24,205 nt of DNA from a virus. Its lineage: Duplodnaviria > Caudoviricetes. Positions 16,712 through 24,205 of this stretch are shown one piece after another (within the stretch, counting starts at the first letter, position 1; each line of letters opens with the position of its first letter). Where the stretch lies: IMG/VR virus record IMGVR_UViG_3300032607_001821, positions 1-24,205 of that record; one strand, written 5' to 3'. Below the pieces are notes generated by a model that saw only the letters and a program-made list of their open reading frames with translations, had not been told where the DNA came from and made no database searches. The translations under genes and the position numbers were made by a program.

Positions 16712-17504
16712 CTAACCACACACTTACCCTTGACTTCCATGCATCGACTATGGGATCAGACACAAAATTTCTTGAAAGTGATCGTCCTATGTGTGTGCAT
16801 ATGACAATATCACCCATGTGATATTCTTCACCTTTCTCGTTATTCTTCAATAACTTGATCTTCCCAACTGTGTCTTCATAACGAGGTGAGATGATCTTGA
16901 GCGTCTTAGTTGTGTATCCTGCATCAATTAGTTGCTTGATCATATCACAACCTGTATCCAGAAAGAATGTTTGTGATAATTTACAGCCAAAAACCTTTGC
17001 AAGGTGCTCGTCGGCAACAAGTCTTGTCAAGCTTGGCATAAAATTGACTGATAGTGATTTAAGCACATTTGTGTCAAATGCACATGTGATGACATTTGGC
17101 CTGTCGACCATCTTGCCGTCTGTTGGGTGGTATTCACTGCCTATCATAACAGTGAATGAGTCAAGCTGATCGATCAGACATACATCCCAGTTCTTGCAAA
17201 GAAAAGCAACATCTGCATCTACAAGGACACCAAATTTTGATGTCATATGTTCAAAGATCAGATTCAAACAATCACCATGACCTCTGCTGCCATCATGTGA
17301 AGATATCCTCTCATGATAGACAATGTCGATGTTTTCTAGATTTTTCTGTATAATGCTCCGGTCGACTCCGGCCTTATTGATTCCGACGACGTACTGATAT
17401 GTGAATTTCCTTGATATTGTTCTCTCGATGGAACTGATCAGGAAGTTAGCATAATGTTCACTATTAGGACCACATGGAATTCCTATTTGTAGGTAATACA
17501 TCAA
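16698..17504 (-). CDS. Putative glycosyltransferase, GT-A fold
   Basis: IGIP N-terminal strand, HGDCLN, GVLVDADVAFL (DxD), DTG and a C-terminal H; cluster context. Confidence 0.7.
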   Translation of the reverse strand: MMYYLQIGIPCGPNSEHYANFLISSIERTISRKFTYQYVVGINKAGVDRSIIQKNLENIDIVYHERISSHDGSRGHGDCLNLIFEHMTSKFGVLVDADVAFLCKNWDVCLIDQLDSFTVMIGSEYHPTDGKMVDRPNVITCAFDTNVLKSLSVNFMPSLTRLVADEHLAKVFGCKLSQTFFLDTGCDMIKQLIDAGYTTKTLKIISPRYEDTVGKIKLLKNNEKGEEYHMGDIVICTHIGRSLSRNFVSDPIVDAWKSRVSVWLDGKI

Positions 17505-17959
17505 ATCACCTTATGCACCATGGTGACACACGGCCTTTTATCAATGTTCCTCTTGATACGTCCTACCTCGATGAAACCTAGCTTCTTGTACAGATTGTAA
17601 GCAATCACATTGTCCCTAAAGACTTCAAGCCAGATCAAAACATAGCCACGGTTGTAGAGATCTTCGATTAGAAGATTGTAGGCACTTTTTGAGTGTCCCT
17701 TGCCTCTATGCTCAGGATGAATATCACATCCACAGCAGATTGTTTCACCTGTGTCGTGACTTGTCCTAATGTACCCAACTTTTTGACCGTCAACATCAAT
17801 GATAAACCACTTAGGTGAGCTTGTTCGAAACCATGTGTATGTCGCATCTAGCGAAATCAGCTTATTGTTTCGTAGGTAGCACCTAGTTGAGCTATCATTT
17901 CTGATCTCATTCACGAATGCAAGATCATCTTCTTTCATCTCTACTAACGTAGTTGTCAT
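17501..17959 (-). CDS. GNAT N-acetyltransferase (PseH/RimJ-like), probable amino-sugar N-acyltransferase
   Basis: IHPEHRGKGHSK (acetyl-CoA motif A) and LEVFRDNVIAYNLYKKLGF; directly downstream of a DegT aminotransferase. Confidence 0.88.
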   Translation of the reverse strand: MTTTLVEMKEDDLAFVNEIRNDSSTRCYLRNNKLISLDATYTWFRTSSPKWFIIDVDGQKVGYIRTSHDTGETICCGCDIHPEHRGKGHSKSAYNLLIEDLYNRGYVLIWLEVFRDNVIAYNLYKKLGFIEVGRIKRNIDKRPCVTMVHKVI

Positions 17960-17994
17960 AATTCACCACAATTCTTAATAGATTAGGACGTCAT

Positions 17995-19086
17995 TTAGTA
18001 TGCATTGACTACACACACAATCTTTTCTAGATCATTGTCAGCAAGCCAATAACCAACTGGGATATTAATCATTTTGTTGCAGAATTCTTCTGTTCCCACA
18101 AGGTCATCTTGTCTGTATTGATCAAATACAGTGTATCGATCATTCCTGACATGGACGACATCTGATGCAATCCCATGCTCGTGGAGGTATGTCTTAAAAT
18201 CATCACGATCATCTGCGAGAATCGTGTAGATCCAGTAAGAAGATTCTGCATTAGGATCCCTCCGGAGTTTTGTGAGTTTGTTATTCTTAATGTGTTTATC
18301 AAAAAACATTCCGTTCTTCTTGTGTGCTGCTACAATGTCATTTATATACTTCATCTGCTCAAGACCAATCATCGCATTGACGTTATTCATGTGAAACTTG
18401 TAGCCTGCTTCAGTAATGTCTTGTTCCCATCGCGAGCCCGGATATTTTCTATCAAGGCCAAACCACCTGAGACGCTTGATCCTCGCATCATCTTCTGGTC
18501 TGAGTGAGCAGATTGCACCTCCATCAATTGTCGTGAGATGCTTAATTGCTTGGAATGAGAAACACACGAAGTCACTGTGCGTTCCGATAGGCTTACCCAT
18601 GTAAGAAGCACCGAGAGCATGTGCAGCATCTTCAATCACGCTGATTGTAGGATCATAATCCTTGACAATGTCTGTTATTGTCTTTATATCAAATGGCTGT
18701 CCTGCCCAATGTACACCGACAACTGCTCTTGTCTTCTTAGTGAGGCGCTTCTTGACAGACTCAGGATCAATATTTCCTGTCGTAGGATCAATATCAGCAA
18801 AAACAAGTCTTGCACCTGCTAGGTGCGCAGGTTCATTTGTTGCCATACATGTCATAGGTGTAGTGATAATTTCTGTATCGCGATCAAGATTAGCAAGTTT
18901 GTATGCCAATGTCAGCGCTGAAGTTCCACTATTAAGAAGTGAGACGTTTTTGTTGCCGACTAGCTCACCAAATTCCTTCTCAAAGGTATCAGCATAAATT
19001 CCCTCTGTTATGACACCTTCATCAAATACCTGCTGGATCTTTTGACCGATATTCGGTGGGACATGGACCTTGAATAATGGAATCAT
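17995..19086 (-). CDS. DegT/DnrJ/EryC1/StrS PLP-dependent sugar aminotransferase
   Basis: NSGTSAL, VHWAG, IEDAAHALGA, FSFQAIKHLTTIDGG, GYKFHMNNVNAMIG. Confidence 0.93.
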   Translation of the reverse strand: MIPLFKVHVPPNIGQKIQQVFDEGVITEGIYADTFEKEFGELVGNKNVSLLNSGTSALTLAYKLANLDRDTEIITTPMTCMATNEPAHLAGARLVFADIDPTTGNIDPESVKKRLTKKTRAVVGVHWAGQPFDIKTITDIVKDYDPTISVIEDAAHALGASYMGKPIGTHSDFVCFSFQAIKHLTTIDGGAICSLRPEDDARIKRLRWFGLDRKYPGSRWEQDITEAGYKFHMNNVNAMIGLEQMKYINDIVAAHKKNGMFFDKHIKNNKLTKLRRDPNAESSYWIYTILADDRDDFKTYLHEHGIASDVVHVRNDRYTVFDQYRQDDLVGTEEFCNKMINIPVGYWLADNDLEKIVCVVNAY

Positions 19087-19088
19087 AT

Positions 19089-20048
19089 TTACCGCCTGTA
19101 GAAAGAGATGATCTCAGGAAGAGCATCAGTTAGATTGCGTTGTTGTGACCAGCCTAATTGCTTGATCTTATCACAATTCAGTGCATAACGAAGATCTGCA
19201 CCTGCCCTGTCTGAGCTGAAGTCTGTATTGTCATTGAAATCTAATCTTAGCGCATCGCAGACTTTTCCTACGATCTGGTTCACATTGTATTCTTCATTTG
19301 ATGCAATATGATAGACTTCATTTAAGACGCCTTTATTGATCACAGTCAAAATTGCATCTACATTATCTTCAACATGAATCCAGTTTCTAACATATGAACC
19401 GTTTCCATGAATAGGAACCTTCTTGCCAGTAAGCAGCTTCGTGATTGCGCATGGAATCAATTTTTCTGGGTGCTGGTGCTTGCCGTAATTGTTTGTTGTT
19501 CGCGTCATTAAGAAAGGTATGTCATAAGTTCTTGACCATGCAAAGACAATTTGCTCAGCAGCAGATTTTGTTGCTGAGTATGGATTGCTTGCTTTGTGCC
19601 TATCGTCCTCTAGAAAGAAGCCTTCATCTATATCACCAAAAACTTCATCTGTGCTGATCTGCATGAATATAGGACAGTCGTATTTTTGTGCTGTGAGGCT
19701 GCTACGAAGCTTATTGTTCTTTATAATCTCAAGAATGTTGTAGACACCTTTCACATTTGAGTTCAGAAAATTAAAGCTCTCAGTGATTGAATTGTCGACA
19801 TGAGACTCAGCAGCAAAATTGACAATGATATCACATCTCGGTATCTCTTTAAGATCACAGATGTCTTTCTTTATGAACCTGTAGTGCTTTTCAAATTTTA
19901 GGCTTGTATTTGATGCATATGTGACTTTATCGATATTCGTCACAAAGTGCCCTAATGACAGACACTTTTCTATGAAATGACTTCCTATAAATCCTAAGCC
20001 TCCAGTCACTAAAAAGTGTCTAGGCTTTGTCAGTCTTTCTGCTTCCAT
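19089..20048 (-). CDS. rmlB: dTDP-glucose 4,6-dehydratase (second copy)
   Basis: VTGGLGFIGS, DKVTYA, NFAAESHVDNSI, ISTDEVFG, PYSATKSAAE, NNYG..QHPEKLIP, RNWIHVED. Confidence 0.92.
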   Translation of the reverse strand: MEAERLTKPRHFLVTGGLGFIGSHFIEKCLSLGHFVTNIDKVTYASNTSLKFEKHYRFIKKDICDLKEIPRCDIIVNFAAESHVDNSITESFNFLNSNVKGVYNILEIIKNNKLRSSLTAQKYDCPIFMQISTDEVFGDIDEGFFLEDDRHKASNPYSATKSAAEQIVFAWSRTYDIPFLMTRTTNNYGKHQHPEKLIPCAITKLLTGKKVPIHGNGSYVRNWIHVEDNVDAILTVINKGVLNEVYHIASNEEYNVNQIVGKVCDALRLDFNDNTDFSSDRAGADLRYALNCDKIKQLGWSQQRNLTDALPEIISFYRR

Positions 20049-20467
20049 TTGTTGAAATCACTCCAAGATTTGAACTTTATTGTGTCCTGGTCATCTGGAT
20101 GCCATGATGGATTTGGACAATTTAAGATGATAGATGTCTGCTTGCTCAAATTGCGCAATTTCATAGGAATATTCTGCGGTATGATGATCAAATTTACCTG
20201 ATCGTCAGCGCCATCGAAATCCAGTATGAAATTCTCAAATTGATCATCGATCATAGTTTCTAGCGACACACACCCAGCGATGCATGTCATATATGCAGAT
20301 CTTCTCTCGTGTAGAATAATGTCTTTCTCTACACTAGGAAATAGCGATGTTGTATAGACCATCTTTGGCGTATGACCACAATTTGTGTCTATATCCCAAT
20401 CACGATAGGCGGGAACCATGTGTCCGTCTTGAGTTGATATTTTAGGGATCTTCTTGATCTTGATCAT
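20030..20467 (-). CDS. RmlC/WxcM-like cupin (sugar epimerase/ketoisomerase fold)
   Basis: DG-x-MVP, MVYTTSLFPSVEKDIILH, TCIAG, LIIIPQNIP and ILNCP layout; 145 aa; adjacent to rmlB. Confidence 0.7.
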   Translation of the reverse strand: MIKIKKIPKISTQDGHMVPAYRDWDIDTNCGHTPKMVYTTSLFPSVEKDIILHERRSAYMTCIAGCVSLETMIDDQFENFILDFDGADDQVNLIIIPQNIPMKLRNLSKQTSIILNCPNPSWHPDDQDTIKFKSWSDFNKWKQKD

Positions 20468-21189
20468 ACAGCTAATTCCCTAATAAAATTAAATTGAATG
20501 TTTTTACCTCGCAGGAACTCATTTAAGCTTCCTGTAAGATTCTCATTCAAGTAATTTTTGTCCCATTGACATGCATGATAGACAATTTCATTTTGTTTGT
20601 GATCAACAAGTTCATCAAATGGTGGATTACAGTCATAATACACCACTTTACCTTTCCAATCTTCACTCTTATCTTTACCACAATATGTCTTTTGAGCATA
20701 ATCTTTTGGTGAAAGAGCAAGCATCTCATACTTTGAGTCTCTCGCAGCATCAAATGCGCCCGGTGACATTCTCCATGCAGGTGGCCTGAAGACTTTTACG
20801 AAGTGTTCTTCCATCCCTGCTTTTTTGACAATATCATCCATCATGGCAAATTTTTCCATCGCATTTGCATAGCTGAGTTCTTGGAACTCATCATTGTCAC
20901 TTCTGTGCGGGATTCCGTGATAGAGGCCATGATAACAAATCTCAAAGTTTCTCGGTGAGAGACTTCTCATGGTTCGACAGAAATCTGGAAATCTGTTGAT
21001 ATGAAGCGGCTCTTGTGTCTTGGCTTCTGCGCGCATTGTTCGCCAGTAAGCAATAGGCACAAACAGCGTAAACTTGATATCAGGATAGACCTTGATCAGA
21101 GAATGACATCTATCCAGCACTTCTGTGGATGAAAGTAGGTGAGGAGAGACATCATCAATGCTTATATTGAGACGCAAAGACACACTCAA
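20464..21189 (-). CDS. Polysaccharide deacetylase (NodB/CE4, DUF2334-like)
   Basis: ISIDDVSPH, FTLFVP, EICYHGLYH, FRPPAW. The start is non-ATG (TTG 21189 or GTG 21183) and uncertain. Confidence 0.82.
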   Translation of the reverse strand: MSVSLRLNISIDDVSPHLLSSTEVLDRCHSLIKVYPDIKFTLFVPIAYWRTMRAEAKTQEPLHINRFPDFCRTMRSLSPRNFEICYHGLYHGIPHRSDNDEFQELSYANAMEKFAMMDDIVKKAGMEEHFVKVFRPPAWRMSPGAFDAARDSKYEMLALSPKDYAQKTYCGKDKSEDWKGKVVYYDCNPPFDELVDHKQNEIVYHACQWDKNYLNENLTGSLNEFLRGKNIQFNFIRELAV

Positions 21190-22066
21190 TCATGTCAACG
21201 TAAGATTTTGCCATGATGTCTGAACTATATGTGTATTTGGGCATTTTTAACATGTTGTGTAGATCTTCTTTCTCAAGAATCTCAATCAACATTCTTGTAT
21301 TATCGTATGCAAGGCCGCGTTCACTGCAATATTCATTTATGCTGCCACCATCTGAGTGATATAGGACAGGCAATCCCATTCCCATCGCTTCAAGGACGTG
21401 ATTTGCACCTGCTTCTTGTCTAGATGCAGTGATGTAGATATCGTGTTTTGGAAGTAAGTGAAGAAGTCCTTGAATGTCTTGCGGCGGTATGTGGTTCTGT
21501 AACAGAACGTTATCAGGCTTTCTTCCAATAAATGTGAATGTGAATTTTCCGCTTCTCTTGCAGAAATTATCAAGCTCTTCATATACGTCAAATCCTTTCA
21601 TTGTGTTATTTGACCAATGATGTGTGACAAGTCGTATTGGATTGCCAAGTCTACATGATTCACGTTCAACAATAAAGTCTCTGAGAGGCGCATTTGGAAT
21701 GACTGACAGATTTTTATTGTTGATCGCAGCCTTGTCTCTTGCCCATGCACTTGGAAAGATAACAAGATCGGCCATTTGTGCAGTCAGTCTAACGAGATCT
21801 AATAATTCTGGTTTTCCATGTGTCCCAAGATCACCTACTCGCTGGATTATCTTACAACCATTGTGGGCTCTTGATTTTATGAGTCTATGAAAATCTGATT
21901 TTGTATCTGGTCGTGGGTCAAAACAAAAGATAAGATCGACTTTTGTATCAAGCTCATATGTGACTTCATGATCACGATCCACGCACTCTTTGACTATCGC
22001 GGAAAGAACTTTAGATCCGCCGCCCCATGGCCCTGCGACAGGTTGCCTATTGAAGAATATCCTCAT
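21155..22066 (-). CDS. Glycosyltransferase, GT4 family (GT-B)
   Basis: GPWGGG, VIFPS, KG, DIYITASRQEAGANHVLEAMGMGLPVL. Confidence 0.88.
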   Translation of the reverse strand: MRIFFNRQPVAGPWGGGSKVLSAIVKECVDRDHEVTYELDTKVDLIFCFDPRPDTKSDFHRLIKSRAHNGCKIIQRVGDLGTHGKPELLDLVRLTAQMADLVIFPSAWARDKAAINNKNLSVIPNAPLRDFIVERESCRLGNPIRLVTHHWSNNTMKGFDVYEELDNFCKRSGKFTFTFIGRKPDNVLLQNHIPPQDIQGLLHLLPKHDIYITASRQEAGANHVLEAMGMGLPVLYHSDGGSINEYCSERGLAYDNTRMLIEILEKEDLHNMLKMPKYTYSSDIMAKSYVDMIECVFASQYKH

Positions 22067-23097
22067 CTTTCTAAGACCACCGGCATACCTTGATTCTGTG
22101 CTGACTGTCTTGCAAGTATGAACAGATGATAATCTAACAGCGCATCTTCATATGTGTACAGGATTTTTCCATTGAGTGCTGTTGATAGGTGCATGTGAAT
22201 TCCAACCTCATGATCTGTGAGCTGCGCGTCTGGTGAATTCCATTCTACAACAGAAGAATGTATCTTCACAATCCTATCTTCTTGTTTCCAGATCGTGACA
22301 TCCTCAGATATTACAGTACCTGATGCATCAACGTAAGTCAGAATCACAGTCTCAGTGTCATTAGACTTTTCCCTAAGTGCCTGTGTAAAGATGCTTCCTG
22401 ATTTTCCAAACACCTTGATGCTCTGAGGTGATCTTGTTGAAGATTTCTTAAACTCGTAATTGAACTTATGAAGTGCAATTGAGTTTGCGAATCTTAATGT
22501 GACAATATCCCAAATCTCATTTCTTTTTTGAGCCAGCTGGCCGGTAATACCACACATCATCTCATCAAGATGTATATGACCTGTTATTGTCTTTGGGATT
22601 TTCTCGGCATGATATGATCGCAGTTGTGAAATTCCATGGTAATCGAATGTCCTGAAATCATTTTCAGAGAACACGATGTCACCGATCACACCTGAGTCGA
22701 TTACTTTTCTTTTGAATTGCTCAAGTGGAAGATAAGGCCACTGCTCAAGGACACCCATCTTGAATGTGACATGCCGGAGACGCTCATTGATCTCAATAAA
22801 CTTTGCAGGTGTGTCACAAAGTACAATTCCACTAAACTTTCTTATCTCAAGATGGTTGAGTAAATTCAGCAAGGCATCTGGATCAATTGCAACCATCAAA
22901 ATATCAGGATGTTGATCAAGAAGCTCATCAAGCTTATTGAAGAACGTAAACCCTGTCCACTTTTGCACATTCTCTGCGTTATTCCTGCGATTTGTCGTAT
23001 AGAATCCTACAACTTCAAGACACATCTTTTTAAGAAGTGGTATATAAAGTGTTGTGACTCTATTTCCTGCACCGATAATACCGATCTTTTTAGACAT
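22063..23097 (-). CDS. Gfo/Idh/MocA family NAD(P)-dependent oxidoreductase
   Basis: KIGIIGAGNR, VLCDTP (EKP-equivalent), GVIGDI, YHGIS, VFGKSGSI. The start was moved to ATG 23097. Confidence 0.8.
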   Translation of the reverse strand: MSKKIGIIGAGNRVTTLYIPLLKKMCLEVVGFYTTNRRNNAENVQKWTGFTFFNKLDELLDQHPDILMVAIDPDALLNLLNHLEIRKFSGIVLCDTPAKFIEINERLRHVTFKMGVLEQWPYLPLEQFKRKVIDSGVIGDIVFSENDFRTFDYHGISQLRSYHAEKIPKTITGHIHLDEMMCGITGQLAQKRNEIWDIVTLRFANSIALHKFNYEFKKSSTRSPQSIKVFGKSGSIFTQALREKSNDTETVILTYVDASGTVISEDVTIWKQEDRIVKIHSSVVEWNSPDAQLTDHEVGIHMHLSTALNGKILYTYEDALLDYHLFILARQSAQNQGMPVVLER

Positions 23098-23785
23098 TGA
23101 ATTTCTCAAAAAATGTTTTGTGTATCGTTCCATCAAGATTCATGTCATTAAACTGATCTCTTGTAACAAAAGAGTAGATCAATCTAATGGAGGGTACATC
23201 TACGTCTGGAACAACTCTATGTAATGATGCAACATCAAAAATCACGCACTTGCTATCACTTGAATTGATAGTAAGCTTCTCAAACATGCCCGACTGGATC
23301 ATGCCATGATCTGCTGCGCTGTTCTTGGCATGACAGATGTTTGTGCCCTTTAAAATGTCAAGCCTAGATGCAGGATTATTACCGCATGTAGGATAGAAGA
23401 TAATCTTCAGCCCACCAGGTGACATTCCTATGACCTTGCCATCTGGATTGATGTAGGTATCGCGATGCCAATCCATATAACTTGGGCCAGGATAAGACTT
23501 TCTAATTTGGACATGATACGGAACCATGTCTCGCTGTGATAGATGTCTTACAGTTCTCAGAAGATCATTTTCTTTAATGAAATCAACAAAGACATTATCA
23601 TAGTCATAGACGTTTGGCCTTATGTCAATGGTATTGTGATATTTCTCATTCCACATAAAAGGTTCACGAAGCGTCTCGAGTGTCATGAGATCCTTAAGCA
23701 CATCGCCAAGACACTCAGTAGTTAAATTTTTTTCTAATTCAACAACTGTGCAACCTTCAAAATAAAAGGAACTGTAGTCTTTCAT
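23090..23785 (-). CDS. 2OG-Fe(II) oxygenase, PhyH-like
   Basis: DWHRDTY (HxD), KIIFYP, LKGT, IFDVASLHRV and distal RLIYSF. Confidence 0.78.
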   Translation of the reverse strand: MKDYSSFYFEGCTVVELEKNLTTECLGDVLKDLMTLETLREPFMWNEKYHNTIDIRPNVYDYDNVFVDFIKENDLLRTVRHLSQRDMVPYHVQIRKSYPGPSYMDWHRDTYINPDGKVIGMSPGGLKIIFYPTCGNNPASRLDILKGTNICHAKNSAADHGMIQSGMFEKLTINSSDSKCVIFDVASLHRVVPDVDVPSIRLIYSFVTRDQFNDMNLDGTIHKTFFEKFNV

Positions 23786-24205
23786 TACCAGTCATTATCA
23801 TTGTCATTCTTAAAGACAAAATCAGGATGCTTAATCAGGACTTGACCGTAATCAATGTCTTCATCCTTAATCTTTCTGTCATCAACAAAAATTCTGCGAT
23901 CCATGATGATCAACTCTTTATCGAAGTCATTGATCTCATCGATTGCTTTCGCGCACTCAATGTCTTTCTGCTTTTCTTTGCTTGGAAGGTGATAATCATC
24001 AAACAAGAGAAATTGATTGAATTTTTCCTTGCAACCATTCCAGTCATTCTTCACTGCTTCATAAGTGTGGTCACCATCAATGTAGATAAAATCAACCTTG
24101 TCATTAAGCTGACTTAATGCATTATCTGATGTTGACTTGACAAAGCTCATCATAGAAAACCACTGATTCGGGAAAATCTTCGCAAGCGCATTAAGATGCT
24201 GTTCA
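23785..24205 (-). CDS. Class I SAM-dependent methyltransferase (Methyltransf_24-like), 5' end beyond the window
   Basis: DFIYIDGDHTYEAVKNDW and LFDDY. The frame is open upstream of 24153 to the window edge (EQHLNALAKIFPNQWFSMMS), so the true start is probably outside. Confidence 0.82.
   Translation of the reverse strand, partial: EQHLNALAKIFPNQWFSMMSFVKSTSDNALSQLNDKVDFIYIDGDHTYEAVKNDWNGCKEKFNQFLLFDDYHLPSKEKQKDIECAKAIDEINDFDKELIIMDRRIFVDDRKIKDEDIDYGQVLIKHPDFVFKNDNDNDW

Noticed and set aside
17960-17994. 35-nt gap with a tiny TAAT-AG-ATTA palindrome as a terminator or promoter
   Set aside because: The stem is only 4 bp and AT-only, with no U-tract and no correctly spaced -35/-10 pair.
3905-23136. 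Longer N-termini given by the ORF track for 3982, 9999, 12557, 13186 and 23136
   Set aside because: They overlap upstream genes and precede the family-typical N-terminus; downstream ATGs at 3904, 9942, 12530, 13147 and 23097 fit better.
3892-24117. Short plus-strand ORFs and nested minus-strand ORFs (60-112 aa) in the ORF track
   Set aside because: All lie inside longer minus-strand genes with clear family motifs and show no recognisable motifs themselves; they are shadow ORFs.
7473-24205. Ordinary bacterial O-antigen/capsule locus
   Set aside because: No wzx/wzy/wzz/ABC or priming transferase is present in the window, and the cluster is continuous with phage sigma, nuclease and baseplate genes. 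It is not fully excluded because the cluster extends past the right edge.
1-24205. Stop-codon reassignment as seen in some large phages
   Set aside because: Genes are full length and tile the window in code 11; TAA, TGA and TAG (3188, 7473) all end genes at sensible boundaries.
1-24205. Apparent abundance of GATC and 6-bp palindromes (e.g. AAGCTT at 1131, GAATTC at 2127) as a sign of restriction-protected DNA
   Set aside because: An impression only. It needs observed/expected k-mer counts under a Markov model, which I cannot compute here.

Overview
All 31 credible genes lie on the minus strand, tightly packed and read right to left, in AT-rich DNA with the standard genetic code. The left end (1-4193) is a myovirus-type late module: a T4 gp6-like baseplate wedge (cut by the window edge), a gp25-like wedge protein, a gp5/VgrG-like spike candidate, a small helical protein, a phage sigma-factor-like protein and a small membrane protein. 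The remaining ~20 kb (4195-24205) is a nucleotide-sugar synthesis and tailoring cluster. It encodes RmlA, two RmlB, a shortened Ugd, a cupin, two DegT aminotransferases, GNAT and NeuD-type acyltransferases, WbqC, four SAM methyltransferases, two PhyH-like 2OG-Fe(II) dioxygenases, a Gfo/Idh/MocA oxidoreductase, a deacetylase, a beta-propeller hydrolase-like protein and five glycosyltransferases. A Cas4-like nuclease interrupts the cluster. No flippase, polymerase, ABC exporter or priming transferase is visible. The best reading is a large (jumbo-type) tailed phage that encodes its own complex glycan pathway, probably acting on a cytoplasmic acceptor such as virion proteins or DNA. All family calls come from motif recognition by eye, not database searches.
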